Made by a program: the position numbers and the translations under genes. Below the pieces are notes generated by a model. That model did not search any database. It saw nothing but the letters and a program-made list of their open reading frames with translations, and was not told where the DNA came from. A stretch of 64,000 bases of DNA from an uncultured candidate division Zixibacteria bacterium (lineage in GTDB: Bacteria; Zixibacteria; MSB-5A5; GN15; PGXB01): the NCBI GenBank assembly GCA_963702205.1, contig OY969724.1:2816001-2880000 (forward strand). The letters run 5' to 3'. Shown here piece after piece: positions 51,083 through 60,597 of the stretch (positions are counted from its first letter, which is position 1; each line of letters opens with the position of its first letter).

Positions 51083-51973
51083 ATGAAATTAGCTGTAACC
51101 GGGCCGACCGGCCATATTGGCCGCCGCCTTACGGAACTGCTCTTGAATGACGGATCACACGAGGTTATTCTGCTGGCCAGGACTCCCGAAAAACTCTCCA
51201 ATGAGATCTCCCGTGGGGCCGCGGTGGCCAAGGGTGTCCTTGACGACGCCGAATTCGTAAAGTCTGCCACGGTCGGTGTCGACGCCATGTTCTGGATGAT
51301 CCCGACCGATATACACGCCGATGACAACCGTGCTCATTATCGTATTTTCGCTCATTCGGCCGTCGAGGCCGTCAAAGCCAATAAAATCAAGCACGTCGTC
51401 CTGCTTTCGAGCATTGGGGCTCATCTAAAAAGCGGCGTCGGGCCCATCAATGGCTCATCTGAATCCGAGCAGATGCTTCGCGAAGTCGTGCCCGGCCTGA
51501 CCATATTGCGCCCGGCTTATTTCATGGAAAACTTCATGATGTCGCTGCAAAGTATTTCCACGGCCAACTCGATTTTCCTGCCCACGTCCGGGACGACGAC
51601 GACGCCTATGGTGGCGACAGCCGATATCGCTGAAAAAGCTTTCAAGGCCCTTACCGGTCCGCCGCCGTCAGGAGTGAATATTGTCCCCATAAGAGGACCG
51701 AAAGATTACAGCTTCGATGAAGCAGCCGGAGTCATCGGGAAGAAACTGGGACGCAAGGTCACTTTCGTCAGAACAACCCCGGAGCAAACCCGCGAAGCTC
51801 TTATCGGGATGGGAGTCAGTGGACATATGGCCGGTCAGTTTATCGAAATGTACAGCGCCATGGAAACCGGGCGGCTCAAATTCGAAACTCCCGAAAATAA
51901 AGTGAATTCCACGAAGACTTCGCTGGAGACGTTTGTCGATACGACCATGGCCCCGGCCATGAAAACCATGTAA
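51083..51973 (+). CDS. NmrA-like NAD(P)H-binding oxidoreductase
   Basis: VTGPTGHIG, LSSIGA, ILRPAYFMEN and VATADIA motifs. Confidence 0.88.
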   Translation: MKLAVTGPTGHIGRRLTELLLNDGSHEVILLARTPEKLSNEISRGAAVAKGVLDDAEFVKSATVGVDAMFWMIPTDIHADDNRAHYRIFAHSAVEAVKANKIKHVVLLSSIGAHLKSGVGPINGSSESEQMLREVVPGLTILRPAYFMENFMMSLQSISTANSIFLPTSGTTTTPMVATADIAEKAFKALTGPPPSGVNIVPIRGPKDYSFDEAAGVIGKKLGRKVTFVRTTPEQTREALIGMGVSGHMAGQFIEMYSAMETGRLKFETPENKVNSTKTSLETFVDTTMAPAMKTM

Positions 51974-51993
51974 CCAAAAACTATACCATAAAT

Positions 51994-52018
51994 GCCCCGG
52001 TTTTAGCCGGGGTTTTTT
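51994..52018 (+). terminator. Rho-independent terminator
   Basis: CCCCGG-TTTTAG-CCGGGG-TTTTTT. Confidence 0.75.
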
Positions 52019-53606
52019 AATGTACCATTACGGAAACATCGAAATCGTCAATGGGTTTATCTATCAGGCTTTTTTCTAATTTGAAGGTTACGGTCGATCC
52101 GTCTTGAGATACATAGCTCGAATCGGGCGTAAATCCATAGACATATTTCGCCATAAGGCAATTCAGATAATAATCATAAAGCCCGGCCTCTGCCCCGCTG
52201 AAGATTATTCCGTATCGCTCTCCGTTATATTCCCTTTCAGAGTTCTGTTCGGCAAACATCCAGCTCTTATAGGTTTTTTGGACGGCCTTTTTTCCATTCG
52301 ACAATAATACCGTGCAGATCAAACTATCCGGCCCGTGAAAGTCGACCCCGTAATTGTCGGCATAAGCGTTTATATTTAGTTTCCATCCCTTGCCCTTGAA
52401 GTTCATATCGTTCTTATTATCTGAATCGCCGACACCGGGGACAATTCCGTATGTTCCGTATTTTGCACGGTACTTATCGAACGCACCGATCACATCATTA
52501 TATGAGACACCGAGCGCAGCCGGGACCTTATTTCTTCTGAAATCATCGGCGTCCATAGCCATAACTTGTGACTGGTTACCCGAAACCGCCCGGTACAAAT
52601 CCAGCGTTTTATCCATGCCATACTCGGACAATATCATATCCATAAGCAGGCCCGCGACGGGGTATGACATATCAGTCGATCCGGCCCCCGTATAGAAGCC
52701 GTCATAGGTAATTAATTTATTCGCATCGACAAACCCGTTCTCGATAAGAATGTCACCCAGTTGCAGGACAACCTTTGGCGCTTTGCCCCAACGGCCGCCG
52801 AGCGCGACGGCCAGCCCTTCCTGCACAACCGGCAGAGTATACATAGGCAGGCTTTGCAGCTTATAATTGACCAGTAAATGTACTAATTCATGCTGATGGG
52901 GCAAATGCCGGGAATAGACATAATCGAGCGGCAGGTCGTACATCCCCTCGGTCTTGTAGCCTGTCAGGGAATCGATCTGATCTTCCCCACACAAATAATA
53001 TTCGATTCTCTGCGCCTTCAGGCGATCAAGGTCTTTCTCGGTTGCGCCCAACTTTCGTGCCGTCTGCTCTATGAAATCATCCATCGCCTGGAGGGCAAAA
53101 TCATTGACTTTGGTCGAATCGCCAATATGCAGATCGACGTATTTCGTCCCAAGTACCGGCCAGCTTCGCGCAAAGATATAGGAGCGGTCGGCGATAAGCC
53201 ATTTGCCGAAATACGGCACTGCGAAATAATCGCAGGTTTCTTTGTTCGTACTATATACCAGCGTCACCGGCATTTTATAATAACCGTCGAATTCCTCCGG
53301 CTTGCCGACTATGACTTTGGCGGCTTTTGAGCGAATGTCATTTAGCTTTTGTACGACAATCGACGTGCAGTCGAATTTGGCCGGGACATCGTTATAGCTA
53401 ATCTCCATCCGTCTGGAATCGGCTATGACACTCGGAAGCCAGAAACTCTCGGCCTTCTGGATATCACCATCGACGAGCGCCTTAACATAATCTGAGACGG
53501 TCTTACTTTGTGCGACGGCATTGGAGTTTGATGAAGTCAGTATTACGACAAGCAAGATTGCATTTTTGAGCAATTTAAGGCCGATGCGGGTCGTCGATCC
53601 AAACAT
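52017..53606 (-). CDS. Secreted gluzincin-like (HExxH...E) metallopeptidase-domain protein
   Basis: Signal peptide; HELVH followed by EGLA. Confidence 0.6.
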   Translation of the reverse strand: MFGSTTRIGLKLLKNAILLVVILTSSNSNAVAQSKTVSDYVKALVDGDIQKAESFWLPSVIADSRRMEISYNDVPAKFDCTSIVVQKLNDIRSKAAKVIVGKPEEFDGYYKMPVTLVYSTNKETCDYFAVPYFGKWLIADRSYIFARSWPVLGTKYVDLHIGDSTKVNDFALQAMDDFIEQTARKLGATEKDLDRLKAQRIEYYLCGEDQIDSLTGYKTEGMYDLPLDYVYSRHLPHQHELVHLLVNYKLQSLPMYTLPVVQEGLAVALGGRWGKAPKVVLQLGDILIENGFVDANKLITYDGFYTGAGSTDMSYPVAGLLMDMILSEYGMDKTLDLYRAVSGNQSQVMAMDADDFRRNKVPAALGVSYNDVIGAFDKYRAKYGTYGIVPGVGDSDNKNDMNFKGKGWKLNINAYADNYGVDFHGPDSLICTVLLSNGKKAVQKTYKSWMFAEQNSEREYNGERYGIIFSGAEAGLYDYYLNCLMAKYVYGFTPDSSYVSQDGSTVTFKLEKSLIDKPIDDFDVSVMVH

Positions 53607-53656
53607 TATTTCCTCGGGTTTTGGTGAAATGTCAATATTGATGTTTTACACTGCAT

Positions 53657-55468
53657 TCAGGCGTCGGTTCGAATATCCTGCGATTCTTTGACGATACTTA
53701 TTATCGTGTCTCCGGGGCGCGGCTCGGGCGGTTCCAGGGCGGTCATCACTTTCAAATTCCCTCCGGGCCCGATTATGAACATCGGCAAGGCTTCATCTCC
53801 GTATCGTTCCCGAAATTTGTCAAAATCATATTCCTCAGTAAGCAGGGATTTTTTGGCAATGGCTCCGTCGCGAAACAGGGCCAGGACGAATTCAAAATCG
53901 GCCCTTTCATTGAAAAGAAATCTCCCCTGAAGATGACGAGCCAATTCTTTTTTGCGGCCGCTCTTGAAATGACCCTTGGGAATCAATTGATAGACCTCGG
54001 ACCGCCCAAAAATGTCCTGAAAATGCAGGGCGCTCAGGGAATTGACTTCATCGTTGGGCGTAAGAGCCAGCAGGCGACCGATGCCATCGAGCTGAAGTTC
54101 CGTCAAGAGGTTTTCAGAAAGGACATCGGCATAATAAGCCGGAATTCCTTTCTGACGGGCATCGGAGACGTTGTACCAATTGGTATCGATCAGGGTAACC
54201 CGAAAATCGGCATCTTGAAGAACCTTTGCAATTTCCTGAATCCAGGAGTGCGCCCCGACAAACAACACGCCCTGCGGATTGGGCTGGGCGACCTTCAATG
54301 ACCGCGCTACGAATGACCCCGAGAAACCGTAGACTATTACCGTCCCGATAATAACCTGAAAAGTCAGCGGAACCAGCCGCCCGCAACCCTCGAAGCCGAG
54401 CTCCTGAAGTCTGACCGCAAAAATCGAGACGACGGCCGCCGCCACTATTCCTCGCGGGGCCATCCAGGCCAAAAATCCGCGCTCGCGCCAATTTAGCGTT
54501 GATTTTCGAGTCGAAACCAGCACCGCCAGCGGCCTGACGATTATTATCAGGATAGCCACGAATACCCAGTGCACCGGCTCGAATAGAGCCAGCTGTTCGA
54601 GGGTAATCTGTGCCGCGAGAATTATGAATAAACTGGAAATCAAAATAACCCTGAGGCTTTCTTTGAATTCAACAATATGGTTTATGGACACATATTTTTG
54701 ATTGGCGAGGGCAACGCCCATTATCGTGACCGCCAGAAGACCTGATTCGGATTGGATCATATTGGCCGAGACATAGGCGATCACTACCAACATGAGTGCC
54801 ATAGGGTTTTGCAGGAAATCGGGCACCAGATACCTTCGCAGCAGAAGAACCAGAATTCCGGCCGTCAGGATGCCGATAACCGTCCCACCGACGGCCGCCT
54901 GAATAACGCCGAAAATTATGGCCGAGGTCTTGCTTTGCATCCCCCCGGCAATTATGGCTTCGAACACAAGCACGGCCAGTATGGCCCCGATCGGGTCATT
55001 CACCATGCCTTCCCATTTCAGAATGGACCCTACATTACGCGACGGCCGAATTTGCCTCAGGAGTGGTATTATAACCGTCGGCCCGGAGACGACCAGTATC
55101 GCACCCAGCAAAAGCGCCGGCCAGAAGGCGACATTGGCAACCAGATAAGCGGCCAGAAAGCCCAGAGTCCACGTAATCAAAATCCCGGTCGTCGTCAAAT
55201 TGCGAACCACCCGGCCCACGTTTTTTAGTTCGCTTAAACGGAGGCTCAGTCCGCCTTCGAAGAGAATTATGGCCACCGAAACCGAAACCAGCGGAAATAA
55301 TAGTTCGCCGAAAAGATCGTCGGGCTTGAGGATACCCAGGAAAGGCCCCGCGATCATGCCCGAGATTAGCAACAGCAAGATGGCCGGAAGATTTATCCTC
55401 CACGACAGCCATTGGGACAATATGCCCAGTATAATTATGCTGGCCAGGCCGACCAATTGGTGTTCCAA
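53657..55468 (-). CDS. Cation:proton antiporter (NhaP/CPA1) with C-terminal TrkA-N-like domain
   Basis: ILFEGGL, SGPTVI, WEGMVNDPIG, ESGLL and APRGIVAAA motifs; TTG start inferred from RBS. Confidence 0.88.
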   Translation of the reverse strand: MEHQLVGLASIIILGILSQWLSWRINLPAILLLLISGMIAGPFLGILKPDDLFGELLFPLVSVSVAIILFEGGLSLRLSELKNVGRVVRNLTTTGILITWTLGFLAAYLVANVAFWPALLLGAILVVSGPTVIIPLLRQIRPSRNVGSILKWEGMVNDPIGAILAVLVFEAIIAGGMQSKTSAIIFGVIQAAVGGTVIGILTAGILVLLLRRYLVPDFLQNPMALMLVVIAYVSANMIQSESGLLAVTIMGVALANQKYVSINHIVEFKESLRVILISSLFIILAAQITLEQLALFEPVHWVFVAILIIIVRPLAVLVSTRKSTLNWRERGFLAWMAPRGIVAAAVVSIFAVRLQELGFEGCGRLVPLTFQVIIGTVIVYGFSGSFVARSLKVAQPNPQGVLFVGAHSWIQEIAKVLQDADFRVTLIDTNWYNVSDARQKGIPAYYADVLSENLLTELQLDGIGRLLALTPNDEVNSLSALHFQDIFGRSEVYQLIPKGHFKSGRKKELARHLQGRFLFNERADFEFVLALFRDGAIAKKSLLTEEYDFDKFRERYGDEALPMFIIGPGGNLKVMTALEPPEPRPGDTIISIVKESQDIRTDA

Positions 55469-55572
55469 AAGACCTATTCCCCTTTCCGAATATCTGCGGT
55501 CAGCATACAAAACCGAAAGGCAAAATGAAACAAAATTATCCGGCAATTGTTTAGAGAAGAAAAGGAGATACC

Positions 55573-56532
55573 GTGAGACATCGAAATATAATAGTGATAG
55601 CCGTCCTGGCGGTCATTTTGGTCGCCATCGGGGGGATTAAAATTATGTCGCAGGATGAACCGGTTAAGCAGGATAAAAGCATGAAATACAATAAACTGAC
55701 GGACGAAGAAAAACGCGTCATTATCGACAAGGGCACCGAACAGCCCTTCACCGGCAAATATTATAATTCCCATGAGAAAGGTGTATATACCTGCAAGCAG
55801 TGCGGTGCGCCGCTTTTCCGCTCCAATGACAAATTCGACTCCAACTGCGGCTGGCCGAGTTTTGACGATGCCATCCCCGGTGCGGTCAAAAGAGTCCCGG
55901 ATGCCGACGGCATGAGGACTGAAATCATCTGTGCCAATTGCGGGGCTCATCTGGGACATGTGTTCATGGATGAAGGATTTACGGCCAAGAACACCCGCAA
56001 TTGCGTCAATTCCATCTCGCTGAATTTCGTCCCGGATCAAGCCGAACAAAAGACCGACACGGCATATTTCGCAGGCGGATGTTTCTGGGGCGTGGAATAC
56101 AATTTCGAGAAAGTCGACGGAGTTATTTCGGTTATTTCCGGCTATATGGGCGGTCATATCGACAACCCAACTTACGAAGAAGTATGTTCCCATACGACCG
56201 GTTTTGCCGAGACGGTTCAGGTGATTTTCAACCCCTCCAAAACCGACTACGAAACTCTGGCCCGGCTGTTTTTCGAGATTCACGATCCGACTCAGATGAA
56301 CCGCCAGGGACCCGACGTCGGCGATCAGTATCGCTCGGAAGTTTTTTATATGAATGATCAGCAGAAGGCCACCACTGAGAAACTGATTAAGATTCTTAAA
56401 GACAAGGGTTATGACGTCGTTACCAAGTTACAGAAAGCCGGGAAATTCTGGAAGGCTGAAGATTATCATCAGAATTATTATGAGAGAACCGGTAAAGAAC
56501 CATACTGCCACATATACACGAAGCGATTCTAA
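55573..56532 (+). CDS. msrAB: Exported bifunctional methionine sulfoxide reductase MsrB-MsrA
   Basis: N-terminal hydrophobic signal; MsrB (GTE.PF, CKQC, GWPSF, HLGHVF, CVNS) then MsrA (GCFWG, HDPT, AEDYHQNYY). Confidence 0.93.
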   Translation: MRHRNIIVIAVLAVILVAIGGIKIMSQDEPVKQDKSMKYNKLTDEEKRVIIDKGTEQPFTGKYYNSHEKGVYTCKQCGAPLFRSNDKFDSNCGWPSFDDAIPGAVKRVPDADGMRTEIICANCGAHLGHVFMDEGFTAKNTRNCVNSISLNFVPDQAEQKTDTAYFAGGCFWGVEYNFEKVDGVISVISGYMGGHIDNPTYEEVCSHTTGFAETVQVIFNPSKTDYETLARLFFEIHDPTQMNRQGPDVGDQYRSEVFYMNDQQKATTEKLIKILKDKGYDVVTKLQKAGKFWKAEDYHQNYYERTGKEPYCHIYTKRF

Positions 56533-56670
56533 TCGAGCCCGGCCCTTTGCGGCCATAAATGACTTGCGTCCGGGCATTTAAACTCCTTACGTCTCACCGG
56601 GAGACAAACCTCATTTCGAGCCGGAACCCAGTGGGTAGCATCTATGAATATCAACGTTTGGCCTTAACAT

Positions 56671-57115
56671 ATGAACGAACGGTTAATCGCAAATATGGCA
56701 GTACACGACAAAGATAGAATATCCATACGTGCGGTCAACAGCCTTGACGCATTATCTCAACTGGAAGAAGCCTGGTGTGAGTTGTACTTCTCGACCAACT
56801 GTCTCGCACCGACCATGACTTATTCGTGGGTATATTCATTTTTGGAAAATCCCCCCGACAGCGTTAAAGGATGGAAGATATTGCTCGCCAGTTTCATGGA
56901 TAATCATAGTCCACAAATCGTTATAATATATAATGGCCGTTGCGGTTATGGCAAAATGGGTTCGAATTCGGAATTTAAAATCTGCCTGTCGCTCGCGGGG
57001 TGGTTTGGCATTTATTAGTATTCCGCCCGGTTGGCTATGATGTGTATTTATGTATTGCATAAAAGTCCCGTTTATTAAGGGTAGCGCCAAGAATTACCAT
57101 TGGGTTGATAGGGAT
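56671..57115 (+). pseudogene. Chimeric remnant: GNAT (CelD/BcsL-like) N-terminus fused to a decayed DUF393/DCC1-like gene
   Basis: LSQLEEAWCEL..PTMTYSW N-terminus, then IIYNGRCGYG, and out-of-frame PPGW..KVPFIK..YHWVDR with internal stops. Confidence 0.4.
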
Positions 57116-57153
57116 TTTGGGGGTTAGTCAGTGATTTGGGTTGATGGAAAGAT

Positions 57154-57262
57154 GTCGAAACCGCGGGGGTTTCGACCTACAAAACTTTTGGGACAGCCTC
57201 CCCCCATCTGCCGGTTGTTTATTTTTTGTCGACAAGATTTTGAATCCGCAGGGATTTCGACC
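57154..57262. repeat. REP-like cluster: GTAG hairpin plus degenerate CTGCCGGT hairpin
   Basis: GTCGAAACC..GGTTTCGAC-CTAC at 57154-57180, followed by GGGACAGC..TCTGCCGGTTGTTTATTTTTTG and a partial GGATTTCGACC copy. Confidence 0.65.
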
Positions 57263-57271
57263 GATCAAGAC

Positions 57272-57874
57272 TCAGAACCTAATAGACAACCCTATGCCTT
57301 TTCGATTGTCGAGTAATCCAATATTGATCTTTGTTTTCAGTTCGTCTTTATCCGCTTTCTGCCATTTATCAATATGTGTCAACCAGCCGAATATGCCTCC
57401 CACTATCGCCCCGATCCCGCCAAATTTCGCAGATGCCTTCAGAACATTCGGGCGGTTGGATTCACCGGTTTCCTCATTATAAGGTGGATCAATTGGGCCC
57501 ATTGAAAAAATAAGAATGTCCAACACACAGAACCCGCCGCCATAAATAATCCCCTTAAGCGTCGCTCTCTTTTTCCCGATGCTTTTATAAATAGAATGAA
57601 CCTCCTCGAGGCGGAATTGCCGCACTTCTGATGGGAAAGATTGGTCTGCGATATAAATCGATGTGTCATTCATATTAACCAACTGGCCGATGACTTTGAT
57701 TCTTTCGGGAGATTTGATCGAAAAGAAGGGAAAGAGACTTACTGATTTTATGGTGTCCACGTCGAGCCGCACTCTGTCTCCCGGCGCAATTTGGGCGCTG
57801 AGAGATTGAGCTTGCATGATGATTAATAGCAAGAGCGCGGCAACATAGCAACCGATTGATCCCGATTTCCCCAC
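57272..57874 (-). CDS. Secreted/outer-membrane hypothetical protein with glycine-zipper-like segment
   Basis: Signal peptide, GDRVRL, GGIGAIVGGIFG and C-terminal aromatic strand GLSIRF. Confidence 0.65.
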   Translation of the reverse strand: MGKSGSIGCYVAALLLLIIMQAQSLSAQIAPGDRVRLDVDTIKSVSLFPFFSIKSPERIKVIGQLVNMNDTSIYIADQSFPSEVRQFRLEEVHSIYKSIGKKRATLKGIIYGGGFCVLDILIFSMGPIDPPYNEETGESNRPNVLKASAKFGGIGAIVGGIFGWLTHIDKWQKADKDELKTKINIGLLDNRKGIGLSIRF

Positions 57875-57947
57875 GACTACCCCTTGGATATTATCTTACA
57901 ATTATATTATGAAGACTCCGAGAACGGGGTAAATGTTTAAAAATTTA

Positions 57948-58294
57948 GTGACAGGCAGACGCCCCGTCTGCCGGTTATTTATTTTTGGCAAGATGTCTAC
58001 GAGACTTAAAGAACCCGACATAGAATGTCGGGCCACCCGGCCTATTAGCCTATTGTGGTCCAAAGCAAATGTTCGGTGAATGTCATACCCGCGAAGGCGG
58101 GTATCCAGGATTCGATTTTCTTGTTTGCTATTATTGGAGACGTTTGGAATCAAATTAAGAAAAGAACTGGATTCCCGCGTACGCGGGAATGACATTTTGG
58201 GGGGCTTGGAGGATAATTTGACATCAAACGGTATTGATTATGTCACGCCGCTCTTCACTTAGTTCAGAGCCTTCGGCAAGTCGGCGTGACCTAC
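57948..58294. repeat. Dense cluster of several REP/MITE-like palindromes
   Basis: GTGACAGGCAGACG..CGTCTGCCGGTTA (57948-57977); CCCGACAT-AGA-ATGTCGGG (about 58013-58031); inverted pair TGTCATACCCGCGAAGGCGGGTATCCAG / CTGGATTCCCGCGTACGCGGGAATGACA (58081-58194); GTCACGCCG..CGGCGTGAC-CTAC (58242-58294). Confidence 0.8.
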
Positions 58295-58299
58295 GAAGA

Positions 58300-59142
58300 C
58301 TATTTAAACGAGCGCGCAAATTTGGCCAAGACGCGAGGAGTTTGACGTATAACGCAAACCGGGGGAATTACTTCGGCCAATGTGCCCTTCTTAATGTGGT
58401 ATGCAATTCCGTTACTCCGGCAGAAATCAATCACTATTCTACATTGATCTTTGCAAAATTCTTTATTGTCAGGATATTGAGTCGATTTGACGTTATAGTT
58501 TAGCTTTCCGAAAATTATCTTATCGACAAAGGATATTTTATCCAATATTTTACCAATATTTTGTTTTATAATATTCGGAGTCGGATACGGTTCCATACTT
58601 GCCCAGGTTTTCGCCCCTGAGTCGTGCAGTTTTTCCAAACTCCTAATTCGCTGAAACCACTTGGCCGAACCGGGTTCGTATGATTTTTGGTAGCCCGCAT
58701 CAATTGAGACGAGGCTTATTCCATATTCATTGGCCGCAATTGTGCCATAGCCCAATAAATTCTCAGGATAAATGCCTTTGGTTAAGGTCGTGACCATAAT
58801 GCCATTGGCGTTAAGCAATTCTATTATTTTCAGAGACATTTTATGGATTTCCGGGTAGCCGAGCATGAATGGATCGGACATGAAACACAAATGCACCGAC
58901 TTAATCTTGTCTTTAAGACGCGGAATTTCGTTTTGCAATAATTCTATTGAATTGGCGACGATTTTCGGCTTCAGCCACTCGCGATAAGTCTTGATCCTAC
59001 TGAATCTTTTCGCCATAAGCATGGCATAGCAGGGATAATTACAGCCATGAGCACAGCCTTCAATGTGGTTAATGGTATAGTCGCCGTACTCAACGCCGGT
59101 TTTATAGAGGAGGGATTTTCTTGTTATATAGTCCATGTGCAT
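58300..59142 (-). CDS. Radical SAM protein, spore-photoproduct-lyase/DUF5131-like
   Basis: GCAHGCNYPCYA, SDPF, LTKG, GISL, R...LEKLHDSG.KTWASMEP. Confidence 0.8.
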   Translation of the reverse strand: MHMDYITRKSLLYKTGVEYGDYTINHIEGCAHGCNYPCYAMLMAKRFSRIKTYREWLKPKIVANSIELLQNEIPRLKDKIKSVHLCFMSDPFMLGYPEIHKMSLKIIELLNANGIMVTTLTKGIYPENLLGYGTIAANEYGISLVSIDAGYQKSYEPGSAKWFQRIRSLEKLHDSGAKTWASMEPYPTPNIIKQNIGKILDKISFVDKIIFGKLNYNVKSTQYPDNKEFCKDQCRIVIDFCRSNGIAYHIKKGTLAEVIPPVCVIRQTPRVLAKFARSFK

Positions 59143-59279
59143 TGTTTATAAATCAAAAAGGTCCAGATTCAAAGAACTACCCGGCCAACATTATCCGAAT
59201 TTATCTATAAAGCTTAGGCGTCAATACCCAATACCAAGACAGGAATGTCTATGTCGGAAACGCCCCTCATTTTTAGGTC

Positions 59280-60597
59280 GCGCGTGTAAATATTTTTGTG
59301 TAAGTGGCCATGACGTATATATAGTTGAAGGAGGTATATCATGGCCAAGAAACGTGACGAAGCTGACAAACTGATCGACGAGATGATCGCCGGCAAGACG
59401 CCGGAAGAGATAGTGGGTGAGGGCGGTCTTCTGCAGGCGCTCACGAAACGGGTGTATGAGCGCGCCCTCGCAGGTGAGATGACGCATCACTTGGGCTATC
59501 CGCCCAATGCTCCCGAAGGCAAAAACAGCGGCAACTCTCGCAACGGCAAAACCAGCAAGACGGTCAAGACCGGGTCGGCAGATGTTACGCTGGAGATTCC
59601 GCGGGACCGGAACGGCGAGTTCGAGCCGCAGTTGGTTAAAAAGCACCAGCGGCGCCTGCCCGGTTTCGACGACAAGGTGTTGGCGCTGTACGCTCGGGGT
59701 TTGACGACGCGGGATATCCAGGGTCATCTTGAGGAGATGTACCAGTCGGAGGTTTCCCCGGCCTTGATTTCGGCGGTGACGGACGCCGTGCTTCAGGAGG
59801 TGACGGTGTGGCAGAGTCGGCCGCTGGAGGCGGTCTACCCGATCGTCTATCTGGACGCCATCCACCTGAAGCTTCGTCAGAGCGGCCAGGTCAAAAACCA
59901 GGCGGTCTATTTGGCCTTGGGGATCACGCCGGAGGGTTACAAGGAACTCTTGGGTTTGTGGGTCGGCGATCAGGAGGGTTCGAAGTTCTGGCTGTCGGTG
60001 CTGACGGAGCTTAAGAACCGGGGCGTTCGGGACATCCTGATTGCCTGTGTCGATGGTCTGACGGGGTTCCCTGATGCGATTGAGACGGCCTTTCCGCAGA
60101 CCCAGGTGCAGTTATGTCTCGTGCACATGGTGCGCAACTCGCTGAAGTATGTCGGTTGGAAAGAGCGCAAGGCGGTCGCGGCCGATCTCAAGACGATCTA
60201 CTCGGCGCCCAACGAAGAAGCCGCCGAGCAGGCCCTGACGGCGTTCGAGGCCACATACCGGGACCGTTTCCCGCAGATCGCCCGCTCATGGCGGTCCTGC
60301 TGGATGAACATCATCCCGTTTTTTAGCTACCCCAAAGAGATTCGAAAGGTTATCTATACGACCAACGCCATCGAGTCGATGAATGCTCAGTTGCGCAAGG
60401 TGACGCGGAATCGCGGCTCGTTCCCGACGGTGGAATCAGTCAGAAAGGTGATCTACCTGGCGATACAAAGAATCTCGAAAAAATGGAAGCGTCCGATCAA
60501 GGACTGGGTGGCGGCCCTTAATCACTTCTGCATCGTCTTCGAGGGAAGGATCGAAAACACATGAACCGGCCGCTTACACAAAATTCCGTACACTCCC
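59280..60597 (+). mobile_element. IS256-family insertion sequence, copy 2 (1318 bp), no target duplication
   Basis: Same ends and length as copy 1 in inverted orientation; flanks TTTAGGTC and CCTTTAAG differ. Confidence 0.95.
59341..60564 (+). CDS. IS256-family transposase, identical protein to 42179-43402
   Basis: 407 aa translation identical in the ORF track. Confidence 0.95.
   Translation: MAKKRDEADKLIDEMIAGKTPEEIVGEGGLLQALTKRVYERALAGEMTHHLGYPPNAPEGKNSGNSRNGKTSKTVKTGSADVTLEIPRDRNGEFEPQLVKKHQRRLPGFDDKVLALYARGLTTRDIQGHLEEMYQSEVSPALISAVTDAVLQEVTVWQSRPLEAVYPIVYLDAIHLKLRQSGQVKNQAVYLALGITPEGYKELLGLWVGDQEGSKFWLSVLTELKNRGVRDILIACVDGLTGFPDAIETAFPQTQVQLCLVHMVRNSLKYVGWKERKAVAADLKTIYSAPNEEAAEQALTAFEATYRDRFPQIARSWRSCWMNIIPFFSYPKEIRKVIYTTNAIESMNAQLRKVTRNRGSFPTVESVRKVIYLAIQRISKKWKRPIKDWVAALNHFCIVFEGRIENT

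Noticed and set aside
57150..58294. CRISPR array or integron cassette array
   Set aside because: The repeats are heterogeneous palindromes without constant spacer periodicity; no cas or intI genes and no clear RYYYAAC..GTTRRRY attC ends.
42146..60597. Composite transposon bounded by the two inverted IS256 copies
   Set aside because: Copy 1 has its own TSD inside a gene, the outer flanks do not match, and the enclosed DNA holds tRNAs and ordinary chromosomal genes.
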